Source: Deltaproteobacteria bacterium (lineage in GTDB: Bacteria; JAGRBM01; JAHCIT01). Taken from it: DNA of 64,000 nt. The stretch lies in the NCBI GenBank assembly GCA_026129095.1, contig JAHCIT010000004.1, positions 186,001-250,000 of the forward strand. Direction: 5' to 3'. The position numbers were made by a program, and so were the translations under genes. The notes below the pieces were generated by a model, which saw only the letters and a list, made by a program, of their open reading frames with translations, did no database searches and was not told the DNA's origin. Below are positions 45,211 to 55,254 of the stretch, piece after piece; position 1 is the stretch's first letter; each line of letters opens with the position of its first letter.

Positions 45211-48200
45211 TTGGCGATCGACAAGAGCAAGATTATCCAGCAGGCCCAGAAGCACATTCAGGGCCAGAAATGGGACAAGGCGATCGAGTGCTACGAGCAG
45301 CTCGCCAAGATTGAGCCCAAGGATACCCGTGTCCGCCAGAAGATCGCCGAACTTTACTACCGCAAGGGTGATATAGCCAAGGCGCTGCAGAGCTACTCGC
45401 TTGTCGCCGATTCGTACACCCGGGAAGGTTTTTACCAGAAATCCCTGGCCGTGTACAAGCAGATGCTCCAGATCAAGCCGGACTTCGTTCCCGCCTACGA
45501 GCACCTCGCCGATGTCAGCATCAAGCTGGGACTGACCAACGACGCGATCAACTACATCAAGGTCGTCATCGCCCACTACGAAAAGGAGGGCAAGGTTCTC
45601 GAGGCGCTGGATGCGATCAAGAAACTGATTGAGATAGACCCCGGCAATATCGCCTCGCAGATCAAGCTGGCCGAACTGTACGCGCGGGAAGGCCATCGCG
45701 AAGATGCCATTCGCCAGCTCAATTCGCTGGTGCCGGGCCTTGAGCAGAGCCAGAACTGGGACGACCTGATCCGGATCCGCGAACGGATGGCGGCATTCGA
45801 CCCGGAACACACCGGGCACATCAAGGTTTACTACAAGCTGCTCATGCGGCTGGGCCGCTATCAGCCGGCCTTCCAGGGACTGCAGCGTTACCTCAAGACC
45901 CACCGCAACGAGGTCGAGGCCATCGAGGACCTTTCCATCCTCCTGCGGGAACTGGGCAATGCCAAGCATGAGAAGGTCGCGCTGAAGGAACTGGCCCGCC
46001 TGCTGGGCGAAAACGCCGATCCAGCACGCCTGGAGCAGATCTACACACGCATTCTGGAAATCGACCCGGAAGACCAGGGAGCTTCCGAGTATCTCCATGC
46101 CCTTCAGGCGAACATGACGACCGAAGACGAAATGGGCGACGAGACCGCCCACGAGGACGTGGACGTCGCTGGCGAGGAGATGATCGGTTCCGAAGACGGG
46201 GAAATGATTGGCGATGACGACGGCATGGTCGATGACGACATCGAGATTGCCGGGCAGGAACACCTCGACACGATGCTCGTTGGCGCCAGCGGGGCAGAAA
46301 TCGCCGCCGACCAGATCGATGCCTATCTCACCGAGGCGGACGTCTACGTCAAATACGGACTGATCGACAAGGCCGTCACCCATCTCCAGCGGCTCATCGC
46401 CTCACAGCCGGACTGCATCCCCGCCTACCACAAGATGCGCGAAGTGCTGATGGCCGGTTCCCGGGGCGGCGAGTTCGCCGGAATCGTCAACGCCGGTGCC
46501 GATGCCTTTGGGAAAGCCGGGGGTGATCCCTCCTCCATCCATGCACTCCTTTCCGCGCCGGCGCCCGCCCAGAGAGTGGCACCGGCGGCCGATATCGACC
46601 CGGATGTCGCCGCCATCGTGGCCGAATCGGCTGCGATGGATGAGGGGCTGATTTCTGACGAACTGGCGAACGCGGTCGGTGGTGCCCTGGACGCCCAGCT
46701 CGGCGGCAATGCAGGTGGCGAAGTGCCCACCGTCGAGCCGGACGCCGAACTGCCGCCGGACGAGGAAATGTCGATCGAAATCGACATTGACGCTCATGGT
46801 GCACCCGCTGCAGCCGGAGCGGCCGACAGGAACCCGCTGGCTGGCGCCGATCTGGAGTCCGACCTCAACTTCAACACGCCGGAAGAGCCATCGCTCGAAC
46901 TGGCGATCGACGAGCCGCCCCCTGCTCCAGAGCCGGCTCCAGCAGAGGCTCATCTGGACGGCGGTTCGCTCGAAGCGGATATCGCTGACGAAGCGGTCCC
47001 GGAACCTCCGGCTCCTCCTCCGCCCACGCTGGAAGCCGAAGCAGAACTCGCCTCCGGCCCGCCACCCGACTTCGACGACACCACCCTGGACGGGGACATG
47101 GCAGCGCCACCTCCCCAGCCGCCAGCAGCGCAACCACAGGCAGCGAAGGCTTCGCCCGCTCCAGTGCTGAAACCACCGGTTATCCAGAAGCCTGCCATCA
47201 GCAAGCCGCCGGTTATCCAGAAGCCGGTCATCCCGAGGCCACCGGTCCCCGGTCCGGCCGTACCGAAGCCGGTAGCGGCGCCTGCGGTGAAACCGCCTGC
47301 GATTGCCAGGCCGGAACTGCCCAAATCCGGGATGGTAAAGCCGGTCATCACAAAACCGGAACCGGGAAAACCGCTGGTTGTGCCCAAACCTGCATTGAAA
47401 CCGCCGTCCATCGCCCGGCCGTCAATCGTGGCACCGGTAAAACCAGGGGTTCAGACTCCCGCTGCCCTGAAGACGCCACTCGCCGGAAAGGCACCACTCC
47501 CCAAACTTGCGCCGCTGCCAAAGCCAGGAGCGGCCGGACTGCCCAGGCCAGCGCTGAAGCCACCGGCATTCAAGCCACTTGCTCCGCGGCCGATCAAGCT
47601 GCCGACCATCCAGAAGGAACCGTTCACCGAAGAACTCGAACAGGCGGACTTCGAGATCCAGCAGGGCCTGTTCGACGAGGCCCGCATCACGCTGGACATG
47701 ATACTCGCCCAGGAACCCAATCATCCGAAGGCCAAGGCGAAACTGAACGAGCTGGTCGCCGCGGAAAAGGCGACACGAGAAGAGAAGGACGGCGTATTCA
47801 CGCCCGAGTTCGGCGGCGGCGAGCAGGTGTCGGTCGAATCGGTCCTCAAGGCGTTCCAGACGGGCGTAGACAAGACCGTAGCCAAGGAAGATTCCCAGAC
47901 CCGTTTCGACCTGGGGCTTGCCTACCGGGAGATGGGCCTGTTCAGCGAGGCGGAACGCGAGTTCAGACTCGCACTGGATGGCGTCGGGGCGCGGCGGCCT
48001 GACTGCTGGAGCATGATCGGGCTCTGCCAGATCGACCAGGGTAACCCGGCAGCCGCGGCCGAGAGTTTCGAGCAGGGCCTTGGAGAGACCCATGAACCCG
48101 AAGTCCGCTGCAACATGGCCTACGAACTGGCCAATGCGAAGATGGCCCTTGGCGACAAGGAGGGCGCGCTCGGGCTGCTTGTCTGGATTGACCAGGAAAA

Positions 48201-48333
48201 ACCGGGGTTCCGCCATACTGGCGAACTGATCGCACAACTCAGGCTCGATGGAGCCACTTCGGGCCCCACGCCGCCACCTGCTCCCGACAGCGGCCCTGGC
48301 TCGGGAACGCGGGCGAACGTGTCGTATGTGTAG
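45211..48333 (+). CDS. Large TPR protein, SgmX-like, with acidic and Pro/Lys-rich linkers
   Basis: N-terminal TPR array (DKSKIIQQAQK...DKAIECY), internal EADVYVKYG, C-terminal TRFDLGLAYREMGL TPRs; TTG start. Confidence 0.75.
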   Translation: MAIDKSKIIQQAQKHIQGQKWDKAIECYEQLAKIEPKDTRVRQKIAELYYRKGDIAKALQSYSLVADSYTREGFYQKSLAVYKQMLQIKPDFVPAYEHLADVSIKLGLTNDAINYIKVVIAHYEKEGKVLEALDAIKKLIEIDPGNIASQIKLAELYAREGHREDAIRQLNSLVPGLEQSQNWDDLIRIRERMAAFDPEHTGHIKVYYKLLMRLGRYQPAFQGLQRYLKTHRNEVEAIEDLSILLRELGNAKHEKVALKELARLLGENADPARLEQIYTRILEIDPEDQGASEYLHALQANMTTEDEMGDETAHEDVDVAGEEMIGSEDGEMIGDDDGMVDDDIEIAGQEHLDTMLVGASGAEIAADQIDAYLTEADVYVKYGLIDKAVTHLQRLIASQPDCIPAYHKMREVLMAGSRGGEFAGIVNAGADAFGKAGGDPSSIHALLSAPAPAQRVAPAADIDPDVAAIVAESAAMDEGLISDELANAVGGALDAQLGGNAGGEVPTVEPDAELPPDEEMSIEIDIDAHGAPAAAGAADRNPLAGADLESDLNFNTPEEPSLELAIDEPPPAPEPAPAEAHLDGGSLEADIADEAVPEPPAPPPPTLEAEAELASGPPPDFDDTTLDGDMAAPPPQPPAAQPQAAKASPAPVLKPPVIQKPAISKPPVIQKPVIPRPPVPGPAVPKPVAAPAVKPPAIARPELPKSGMVKPVITKPEPGKPLVVPKPALKPPSIARPSIVAPVKPGVQTPAALKTPLAGKAPLPKLAPLPKPGAAGLPRPALKPPAFKPLAPRPIKLPTIQKEPFTEELEQADFEIQQGLFDEARITLDMILAQEPNHPKAKAKLNELVAAEKATREEKDGVFTPEFGGGEQVSVESVLKAFQTGVDKTVAKEDSQTRFDLGLAYREMGLFSEAEREFRLALDGVGARRPDCWSMIGLCQIDQGNPAAAAESFEQGLGETHEPEVRCNMAYELANAKMALGDKEGALGLLVWIDQEKPGFRHTGELIAQLRLDGATSGPTPPPAPDSGPGSGTRANVSYV

Positions 48334-48348
48334 ATGGAGTAATACGAG

Positions 48349-49401
48349 ATGAACTATCTCCAGTACTACGGGCTGTCGCAGGAACCGTTTTCGAACGCGC
48401 CGGTTTCCAAGTTCTATTTCAACAGCTCGCAGCACGCCAAGGCGCTGCTCCGGCTGCAGGCCGTGGCCGAGGGCATGAAGGGCCTCGGTGTGCTCGTCGG
48501 TGACATCGGCGCCGGCAAGACCACCCTCGCGCGCCGGATGCTCGACCAGCTCCCGGAGGACGAGTACGAAGCGGCGCTGCTGGTGATCATCCACTCCGGC
48601 ATCACCGCCGAATGGCTCCTGAAGCGCATCGCCTCGCAGCTGGGGGTGAAGACTCCGGCCGACGACAAGCTGACCGTCCTGTCCCAGCTCTATGAACGGC
48701 TGGTCGAGATCAACAAGAAGGGGAAGAAGGCCATCGTCCTCATCGACGAGGCGCAGATGCTCCAGACGCGGGACATCATGGAGGAGTTCCGCGGACTCCT
48801 GAATCTGGAGATACCCGGGTCAAAGCTCATCACGTTCATCTTCTTCGGCCTGCCCGAACTGGACCAGAACCTGAAGCTGGACGAACCACTCGCAGGCCGC
48901 ATCGCCATGCGCTACCACCTGGAGCCGCTGAACGAGGAAGCCACGACCGCCTACATCGACCACCGGCTCCGGCTTTCGGGCTGCACCAAGCCGTTGCTCC
49001 TTCCGGACGCCATCAGGGTGGTTCACCAGTATTCCCACGGAATACCCCGGATCATCAACACGATCTGCGACAACGCCCTGTTCGAAGGTTCCCTCACCAA
49101 GCAGGAACAGATTGGCGCCAGCCTGATCCGCCAGATCGCCAGCGACCTGGGGCTGGACCAGACCGGCCAGAGTCCGGCTGCCCATGCCGTCCCGAAACCC
49201 GCCGGTGCGCCAGGACTGAAGGCCCCGCCCGCCACGCCCCGGCTGAATGTGCCGCCGTCGCGTCCCCCCGCATCACAACCGGCCGCCGCCAGTCATGCGG
49301 CAGCCCCGCACAAGCCGACGGCCAAGGACGAGGTGACATCGCTTATCGGCGGCGCAGCCGATGACGAGATCGACGACATCCTGGGCAAGATCGGCACCTG
49401 A
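48349..49401 (+). CDS. ExeA/GspA-family AAA ATPase
   Basis: YGLSQEPFS, GDIGAGKTT, LIDEAQ, GIPRIINTICDNAL; GGAG RBS. Confidence 0.9.
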   Translation: MNYLQYYGLSQEPFSNAPVSKFYFNSSQHAKALLRLQAVAEGMKGLGVLVGDIGAGKTTLARRMLDQLPEDEYEAALLVIIHSGITAEWLLKRIASQLGVKTPADDKLTVLSQLYERLVEINKKGKKAIVLIDEAQMLQTRDIMEEFRGLLNLEIPGSKLITFIFFGLPELDQNLKLDEPLAGRIAMRYHLEPLNEEATTAYIDHRLRLSGCTKPLLLPDAIRVVHQYSHGIPRIINTICDNALFEGSLTKQEQIGASLIRQIASDLGLDQTGQSPAAHAVPKPAGAPGLKAPPATPRLNVPPSRPPASQPAAASHAAAPHKPTAKDEVTSLIGGAADDEIDDILGKIGT

Positions 49402-49419
49402 ACGCCGGAACCGTTCCAG

Positions 49420-50529
49420 CTAGACATCGAACCGGTTGATCGAAAACGGCTCCAGACTCATGTCCGGAGTTTCTCCGTTGATCAGTTGCCGGAGCAGGCG
49501 AGCCGATACCGGCGTGAGCAGGATTCCGTTCCGGAAATGGCCGGTCGAGATGAAAAGCCCTTCCGTCTGTGTCCGGCCGATGACCGGAAGGAAGTCCGCC
49601 GTGCAGGGGCGGAGCCCGGCCCATGTCTCTATCACTTCGGCATCCCTGGCAGCCGGAATGGCTTTCTGGAGCAGCCCGGCAAGTTTACGCAGGCCCTCGA
49701 CCGTCACCTGTTTCTCAAACCCGGCCATCTCCATCGTCGAACCGGCAATGATCCGTCCGTCGTCACGGGGGACGGCGTAGCCCTCCTGCGTGAACACCAC
49801 CCGGCCGAGTGTTCCCTTTGGCGTCCGGACAGCGAGCATCTGGCCACGAACCGGTTGCACGAGATCGGGCGGAAGTTCCGTCCCCGGTACCAGCGACGAC
49901 CAGCTTCCGGCGCACAGGCACACCACGGGCGCATCCACTGGTCCGCCGTCCATCTCGACTCCGCGCACCTTCCCGCCTTCGATTCTAACCCGGCGGACCG
50001 TCTCCCCGCTGATGACGCTCACACCGGCCGTCACGGCGGCCCGGAAAAGCGCCTGCACCAGAAGCCGGTTATCCACGATTCCGTCGTCCGCAAAATGCAG
50101 CGCGCCGGATACTTCCGGCGACAGGGCCGGTTCCTTCCTGCGGGCATCGTCCCCGGAAAGCACCTCCACCGGAAGTCCTGCCTCCTGCTGCCACGCCCGA
50201 ATGGAATCGAGCCAGCCCTGGGACTGCTCATCGAAGGCGACCTTGAGCAGTCCCGACCGGCGGTAGCAGATATCGACTCCCGTTTCCTCACGGAGTGCGG
50301 CGGCAAATCCCTCGTAGAGATCCCGGCTCTTCAGGCACAGGTCCATGAACGGCCCCGGCCCCCCGGCCTCGGCCTGGGCACCGAGAATGCCGGCTGCCGC
50401 CGATGACGCCTCGGCGCCCGGAACGGCCTTTTCCAGCATGACGACATCACGGCCGCTGCGGGCCAGCTCCCGCGCCAGGGCCGAACCCATTACGCCGCCG
50501 CCAATGACAATAATTTCCGCCCGCCGCAT
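49420..50529 (-). CDS. thiO: Glycine oxidase (FAD-dependent)
   Basis: IGGGVMG, ASSAAAGIL, PVRGQ, WAGLRP, GHFRNGILL. Confidence 0.85.
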   Translation of the reverse strand: MRRAEIIVIGGGVMGSALARELARSGRDVVMLEKAVPGAEASSAAAGILGAQAEAGGPGPFMDLCLKSRDLYEGFAAALREETGVDICYRRSGLLKVAFDEQSQGWLDSIRAWQQEAGLPVEVLSGDDARRKEPALSPEVSGALHFADDGIVDNRLLVQALFRAAVTAGVSVISGETVRRVRIEGGKVRGVEMDGGPVDAPVVCLCAGSWSSLVPGTELPPDLVQPVRGQMLAVRTPKGTLGRVVFTQEGYAVPRDDGRIIAGSTMEMAGFEKQVTVEGLRKLAGLLQKAIPAARDAEVIETWAGLRPCTADFLPVIGRTQTEGLFISTGHFRNGILLTPVSARLLRQLINGETPDMSLEPFSINRFDV

Positions 50530-50587
50530 GCCGGGGGAGTCTAGCAGGGATTCAAGGAGGGAATATGACCAGTCACAGAGTCGCCGG

Positions 50588-51319
50588 TCAGGGCAGATAG
50601 GGCATCGGATCAATGGCCTGCTTGCCGTCGCGGAGCTCGAAATGCAGGTGTGGCGTCGTGGCGGCACCGGTATCACCCACAGTGGCGACCACCTCTCCGG
50701 CGCGGATGAAATCATCCTTCTCCACAAGGTTCTCGTCGTTATGGGCATAGACCGTCGCCCAGTTTCCAGTATGCCGGATGATGATAAGGTTGCCGTAGCC
50801 CCGGAGACCATCGCCCGCATAGATCACCCGGCCATCGGCGGCAGCACGGATTTTCGTTCCCTTCGGCGCGCCCAGATCAAGGCCGTCGTGATTGCGGCCG
50901 CTACGGGGACCGAAGGCAGACAGCATTTTCGGTTTTTCCAGCGGCCAGATGAGGCGAATGGGCGGACTCTTCACCACGGCACGGGGCGCTGGTTCGACCG
51001 ACGCGACACGCTCGCCGCTTGAGCGCCGGGGCGGCGGTGCATCGGACGCCTTGTCGCCTGCCTGTGGCTTGCGCGCCGCATGGACCGGCTCCTGCGCGCC
51101 GGGAACCCAGAGCCGGTCTCCCACATTGATCCGGTTCGGATCCTTGACGCCGTTCCAGATCGCCAGCAGTTCGGGGTCCATGTCGTAGCCGCGGGCAATG
51201 ACGGACAAGGTCTCGCCGCGCTGGACCTCGTGATAGACGCCGCGCTTCTGCGCGCAGGCGGACAAACCAGCCAGCGTCAGGAGAGCCGCCATGAGCGCAT
51301 ATGTACGTACGGATCGCAC
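50588..51319 (-). CDS. LysM plus M23 peptidase lipoprotein (NlpD-like); start approximate
   Basis: LSAC lipobox, LysM VQRGETL, HDGLD, YAHN, HLHFE; downstream of surE. Confidence 0.9.
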   Translation of the reverse strand: MRSVRTYALMAALLTLAGLSACAQKRGVYHEVQRGETLSVIARGYDMDPELLAIWNGVKDPNRINVGDRLWVPGAQEPVHAARKPQAGDKASDAPPPRRSSGERVASVEPAPRAVVKSPPIRLIWPLEKPKMLSAFGPRSGRNHDGLDLGAPKGTKIRAAADGRVIYAGDGLRGYGNLIIIRHTGNWATVYAHNDENLVEKDDFIRAGEVVATVGDTGAATTPHLHFELRDGKQAIDPMPYLP

Positions 51320-51420
51320 CAGAACTTTCCAGATGCGTGCGGGAGGAAGAAGGACGAAGAAATTATAGGTCAATGAGGGTAAATTGTCCATGAAAACCGG
51401 CACGCGGCACGCTTAGCGAA

Positions 51421-52215
51421 CTACTTATCGAATGCTGTGGGAATATGGACGATCATCTTCAACGCCGCGAAGTGGGTCATGTTGAGATGGAGCGGCGTAA
51501 TCGACACGAAGCCGTCCTTCACCGCATTGAAGTCGGCGTGATCGTGCGTCTCGATCACCTTCTGTTCACCGGCGATCCAGTAAACCTTCCGGTTGAACGG
51601 CCCTTCCATCGTCTTTACGGTCTGTTCGTACCGGCGGCGGCCCTGGATGGTGATCTTGGAACCCCTGATTTCGGCGGCGGGGATGGCCGGGATGTTGACG
51701 TTCAGCAACGTGTCCGGTGGAAGACCGTGGGTGAGCACCCAGCGGGCCACATCGGCGGCCACTTTCGAGGCGGGACCGTAGTCGGCATCCAGCGCCTTCG
51801 TGGCGAGCGAAAAGGCGACCGACGGAATGCCAAGTATGCACCCTTCCATCGCCGCGCTCACGGTGCCCGAATAGGTCACGTCGTCGCCCAGGTTCTGTCC
51901 GTGATTGATGCCGCTCACCACGAGGTCCGGGGTCCGGCCTTCCAGGACCACGTTGACACCCATGATGACGGCATCGGTCGGCGTCCCGTCCCAGGCAGTG
52001 ACGCCGGGGGCGACCTCGATCCGCTGGAGCGGACGGGAAACGGTGAGCGCGTGGCCCATCGCCGACTGTTCCCGGTCGGGCGCGGAGACAATCACCTCGG
52101 CACCCATGTCACGCATGGAATCGGCCAGCGCCCTGATGCCCGGAGCCCAGACGCCGTCGTCGTTGGAAACGAGAACCAGGGGGCGTTTGTCCGTGCTGTG
52201 CTTGGTTTCCGGCAT
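51421..52215 (-). CDS. surE: 5'/3'-nucleotidase SurE
   Basis: SNDDG, GTPTD, SGINHGQN, YSGTVSAA. Confidence 0.96.
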   Translation of the reverse strand: MPETKHSTDKRPLVLVSNDDGVWAPGIRALADSMRDMGAEVIVSAPDREQSAMGHALTVSRPLQRIEVAPGVTAWDGTPTDAVIMGVNVVLEGRTPDLVVSGINHGQNLGDDVTYSGTVSAAMEGCILGIPSVAFSLATKALDADYGPASKVAADVARWVLTHGLPPDTLLNVNIPAIPAAEIRGSKITIQGRRRYEQTVKTMEGPFNRKVYWIAGEQKVIETHDHADFNAVKDGFVSITPLHLNMTHFAALKMIVHIPTAFDK

Positions 52216-52258
52216 CGGGTGGGGCTGGCGGGAGCACGGGCGGACAGGGGGTAAAATC

Positions 52259-52335
52259 TGGTCGGGCTGGGGGGACTTGAACCCCCGACCTCACCCACCC
52301 CAAGGGTGCGCGCTAGCCAACTGCGCTACAGCCCG
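52259..52335 (-). tRNA. tRNA-Pro(GGG)
   Basis: CGGGCTGTAGCGCAGTTGGCTAGCGCG CACCC-TTGGGGT-GGGTG AGGTCGGGGGTTCAAGTCCCCCCAGCCCGACCA; full cloverleaf, encoded CCA. Confidence 0.96.
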
Positions 52336-52429
52336 GTACGAGTTCTTTTTTCTGGCGGTCCCGCCGCCGCGCACCGGAGTAACCGGTTGCCGGTGGCAAA
52401 TCAATGACACGAACGGCGGGAACCGGCGG

Positions 52430-52714
52430 TCAGGGGTTGAGAATGTTTTTCAGCACCTGCGAGGGCTTGAACGTGAGTACCCGGCGGGCACTGATCTTGA
52501 TCTCCTCGCCGGTGTGGGGATTGCGGCCGATACGGGTCCGCTTGGACTTCACGACGAAGTTGCCAAAGCCAGATATCTTCAGGCGGTCGCTCCCGGTCAG
52601 GGTCTCCTTGATGATCTCGAACATCCCCTCGACGATCTCGGCCCCTTCCTTCTTGGAAAAGCCGACCTTCTGGTAGACCGCCTCGACAAAATCAGCCTTG
52701 GTCATCGTGCCCAT
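52430..52714 (-). CDS. ihfA: Integration host factor subunit alpha
   Basis: MTKAD, KISGFGNF, GRNPHTG, LTFKPS; downstream of pheT. Confidence 0.93.
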   Translation of the reverse strand: MGTMTKADFVEAVYQKVGFSKKEGAEIVEGMFEIIKETLTGSDRLKISGFGNFVVKSKRTRIGRNPHTGEEIKISARRVLTFKPSQVLKNILNP

Positions 52715-52822
52715 TCAGATTTCCCTCAAACCAGCCGCGCCGGGAACCCTTGTTCCCCGGCATCACTCATCGTGGCGGCATTTGGGGTATCTTACCCCGT
52801 CCCGCCGAAAAGACAAGTATTT

Positions 52823-55228
52823 CTAGTGCCTTAGCTCGACGCCCAAATCGGCCTTGAGACGTTCCAGAACCCGGCTTTCCACGGCCCGGATCTGGTCCTC
52901 GGTGAGCGTTCCCTCCCTGGACCGGAGCCGCACGGCCACGGCCAGCGAGTGGGTGCCTTCAGGAAGCTTGCCGCCCCGGAACAGGTCGAACACCTCGACC
53001 TCCTGGACCATCTCTCCGCCCGCCTGCCGGATCAGGGCCGTCAGGCTGCCCGCCGGCACGGTATCGGGCACCACGAACGAAAAGTCCCGTTTTACCGGCG
53101 GGAACCGGTCCGTTTCAGGAAGCTGTTCCATATTCCGCAGGAGACTCACCAGCGGCCCGGTTTCCAGTTCCAGCACCGCTATCCGCCCCTTGAGGTCGTA
53201 AGCGGCGGCTGTCTCCGGGTGGAGTTCGCCGTACACGCCGATGGTCTGGCCGTTAAGGACGATCTCTGCCGACCGGCCCGGATGAAGGAACGGCTCCTGA
53301 GCCCGGCTACCGGTCTTCAGTGGCGCATGGAACCGGGGGCCAATGGCCTCCACCAGTGCCTTCATCTCAAAGAAGGTTTCACCCCGGACGCTTTCCTGCT
53401 CCCAGAAGGTTTTGCCTTCCGGGGACTGGATGAGCGCGGCCAGCACGCCGCGCTCGGCGGGAAGCGACTCGCCCTTCACCGGCCGGTAAACCCGGCCGAG
53501 CTCGAACAGCCTGAGACGCCCTGCCCCGTGATCGGCATTGAACTTGGCCACGGCGGCAATCGAGGGAAGCAGCAGTGTCCGCATCACCGACTCGTCGCTG
53601 CGGATCGCATTCTGGAGTTTCACCGCCGTCCGGCGCGGATCGTTCGCCGCAAGGCGGAACTGGTCCGGCCACCGGTCGGAAACAAACGTATAGGTGATGC
53701 ACTCCACAAGTCCCCGGGCGACGAGGAGGCTTCTCAGGCTTTCAATCCCCGCCCACGGCGAGAGATCCGAAACGGGCTGCGCGGCCACGGCTGGCAGCGT
53801 CGCCGGCACCTTTTCGTAGCCGTCCACCCGGACCAGTTCCTCGATAAGATCGATTTCCCGCTCTATGTCATGCCGTGCCGCCGGCACCGTCACCTTGAGC
53901 GCCGCGCCGCCACCCGACACCTTCATGCCGAGCCGGGCAAGCACATCGGTCACCGTGGCCGCCGGTATCTCATATCCGAGGATACGGCTGATCCGGGCCG
54001 GACGGAGATCCAGTTCGCGGGGGCGGAGGCCGCCGGAGGAAACCTCGATACGGCCTTTCGACACCTCGCCGCCGCCCAGTTCAGCCATCATCCGGGCCGC
54101 ATGGTCCAGCGCCACACCGGTCCGCACCGGATCAATGCCGCGCTCGAACCGGTAGGAACTCTCGCTCACGAGCCCCGTCGCCTTCGAGCTTTTCCGGACG
54201 GCTGACGGATGGAACCACGCGCTCTCGATGAAGACGTCCGCCGTCTTCCCGGTGACTTCCGTGGATTTCCCGCCCATGACGCCACCCAGCGCCACCGGCA
54301 CGTCACCTGAAACGATCGTGAGCTGGCCCTCGAAAAGCTGCCGCTCGATGCCGTCCAGCGTCGTCAGTTTTTCTCCCGCCCGGGCGCCCCGGACCCCGAT
54401 GGCCCTTGACGGAAGCAGGGCAAGATCAAATGCATGCAGAGGCTGGCCGTGGAGCAGAAGAATGTAGTTGGTGATGTCAACGATGTTGCTGATCGCACGG
54501 ATACCATGGGCCTGGAGACGCCGGGACAGCCAGAAGGGGCTCGGCCCCACCCGGATGCCTTTCACGATCCGCCCGCAGTAGAGCGGACAGTCGGTGCCGT
54601 TCTCGACCGTGACAGCAACCTGATCCTTTGCCAGCGGTCCGGATTCCACAAGCTGGAACTTCGGCTCGGCCATGTCGAGCCGGAGCAGCGCCGCCAGGTC
54701 GCGGGCGATTCCCACCACCGACAATGCGTCGCCGCGGTTCGGCGTCACGGCGATCTCCAGCACAGCGCCGTCCCCTGCGACATCGGCGAGAGGCAGCCCC
54801 GCCGCCGTTCCCTCCGGAAGTTCCCACAGGCCGGACTTGTCGGCCGAGATCCCCAGCTCCGACTGCGAGCACAGCATCCCCCGGCTCTCGACGCCGCGAA
54901 TCTTCGCGGCCTGAATGACCGTCCCGTCCGGAAGCCTGGCGCCTTCCTTTGCCAGCGGAACGATCATCCCCTCGCGGCAGTTGGGGGCTCCGCAGACGAC
55001 CTTCTGCTCCGCCCCGCCGGCGTCAACCGTGGCCAGCCGGAGCTTGTCGGCCGAGGGATGCGGCTCGACCTTCACCACGCGGGCCGTCACCACCCCCTGC
55101 CACTGGACAGCCGGATCATGGATCGCCTCCACTTCCAGCCCCGCCTGGGTGAGGACGCGGGCGATCTCGGCCGCCGGGATCTTCAGGCCCGGCAGCAGTT
55201 CACTCAACCAGTTTACCGATACGCGCAT
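52823..55228 (-). CDS. pheT: Phenylalanine-tRNA ligase beta subunit
   Basis: HPSADKL, VCGAPN, TPNRGD, SYRFERG, HPGRSA, FDX-ACB C-terminus. Confidence 0.97.
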   Translation of the reverse strand: MRVSVNWLSELLPGLKIPAAEIARVLTQAGLEVEAIHDPAVQWQGVVTARVVKVEPHPSADKLRLATVDAGGAEQKVVCGAPNCREGMIVPLAKEGARLPDGTVIQAAKIRGVESRGMLCSQSELGISADKSGLWELPEGTAAGLPLADVAGDGAVLEIAVTPNRGDALSVVGIARDLAALLRLDMAEPKFQLVESGPLAKDQVAVTVENGTDCPLYCGRIVKGIRVGPSPFWLSRRLQAHGIRAISNIVDITNYILLLHGQPLHAFDLALLPSRAIGVRGARAGEKLTTLDGIERQLFEGQLTIVSGDVPVALGGVMGGKSTEVTGKTADVFIESAWFHPSAVRKSSKATGLVSESSYRFERGIDPVRTGVALDHAARMMAELGGGEVSKGRIEVSSGGLRPRELDLRPARISRILGYEIPAATVTDVLARLGMKVSGGGAALKVTVPAARHDIEREIDLIEELVRVDGYEKVPATLPAVAAQPVSDLSPWAGIESLRSLLVARGLVECITYTFVSDRWPDQFRLAANDPRRTAVKLQNAIRSDESVMRTLLLPSIAAVAKFNADHGAGRLRLFELGRVYRPVKGESLPAERGVLAALIQSPEGKTFWEQESVRGETFFEMKALVEAIGPRFHAPLKTGSRAQEPFLHPGRSAEIVLNGQTIGVYGELHPETAAAYDLKGRIAVLELETGPLVSLLRNMEQLPETDRFPPVKRDFSFVVPDTVPAGSLTALIRQAGGEMVQEVEVFDLFRGGKLPEGTHSLAVAVRLRSREGTLTEDQIRAVESRVLERLKADLGVELRH

Positions 55229-55254
55229 CGCTTCAGTTCATCCCGCAATTCACG

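Noticed and set aside
49420-50820. ORF-track N-terminal extensions (thiO to 50820, hom to 40150, degP to 37799, rpmI to 57091, iclR to 38533)
   Set aside because: They overlap neighbouring genes or promoter regions, and family homology begins at the downstream starts used here.
52259-52335. tRNA-Pro as an island integration site
   Set aside because: No duplicate of its 3' end noticed in the window, and surE starts 43 bp downstream.
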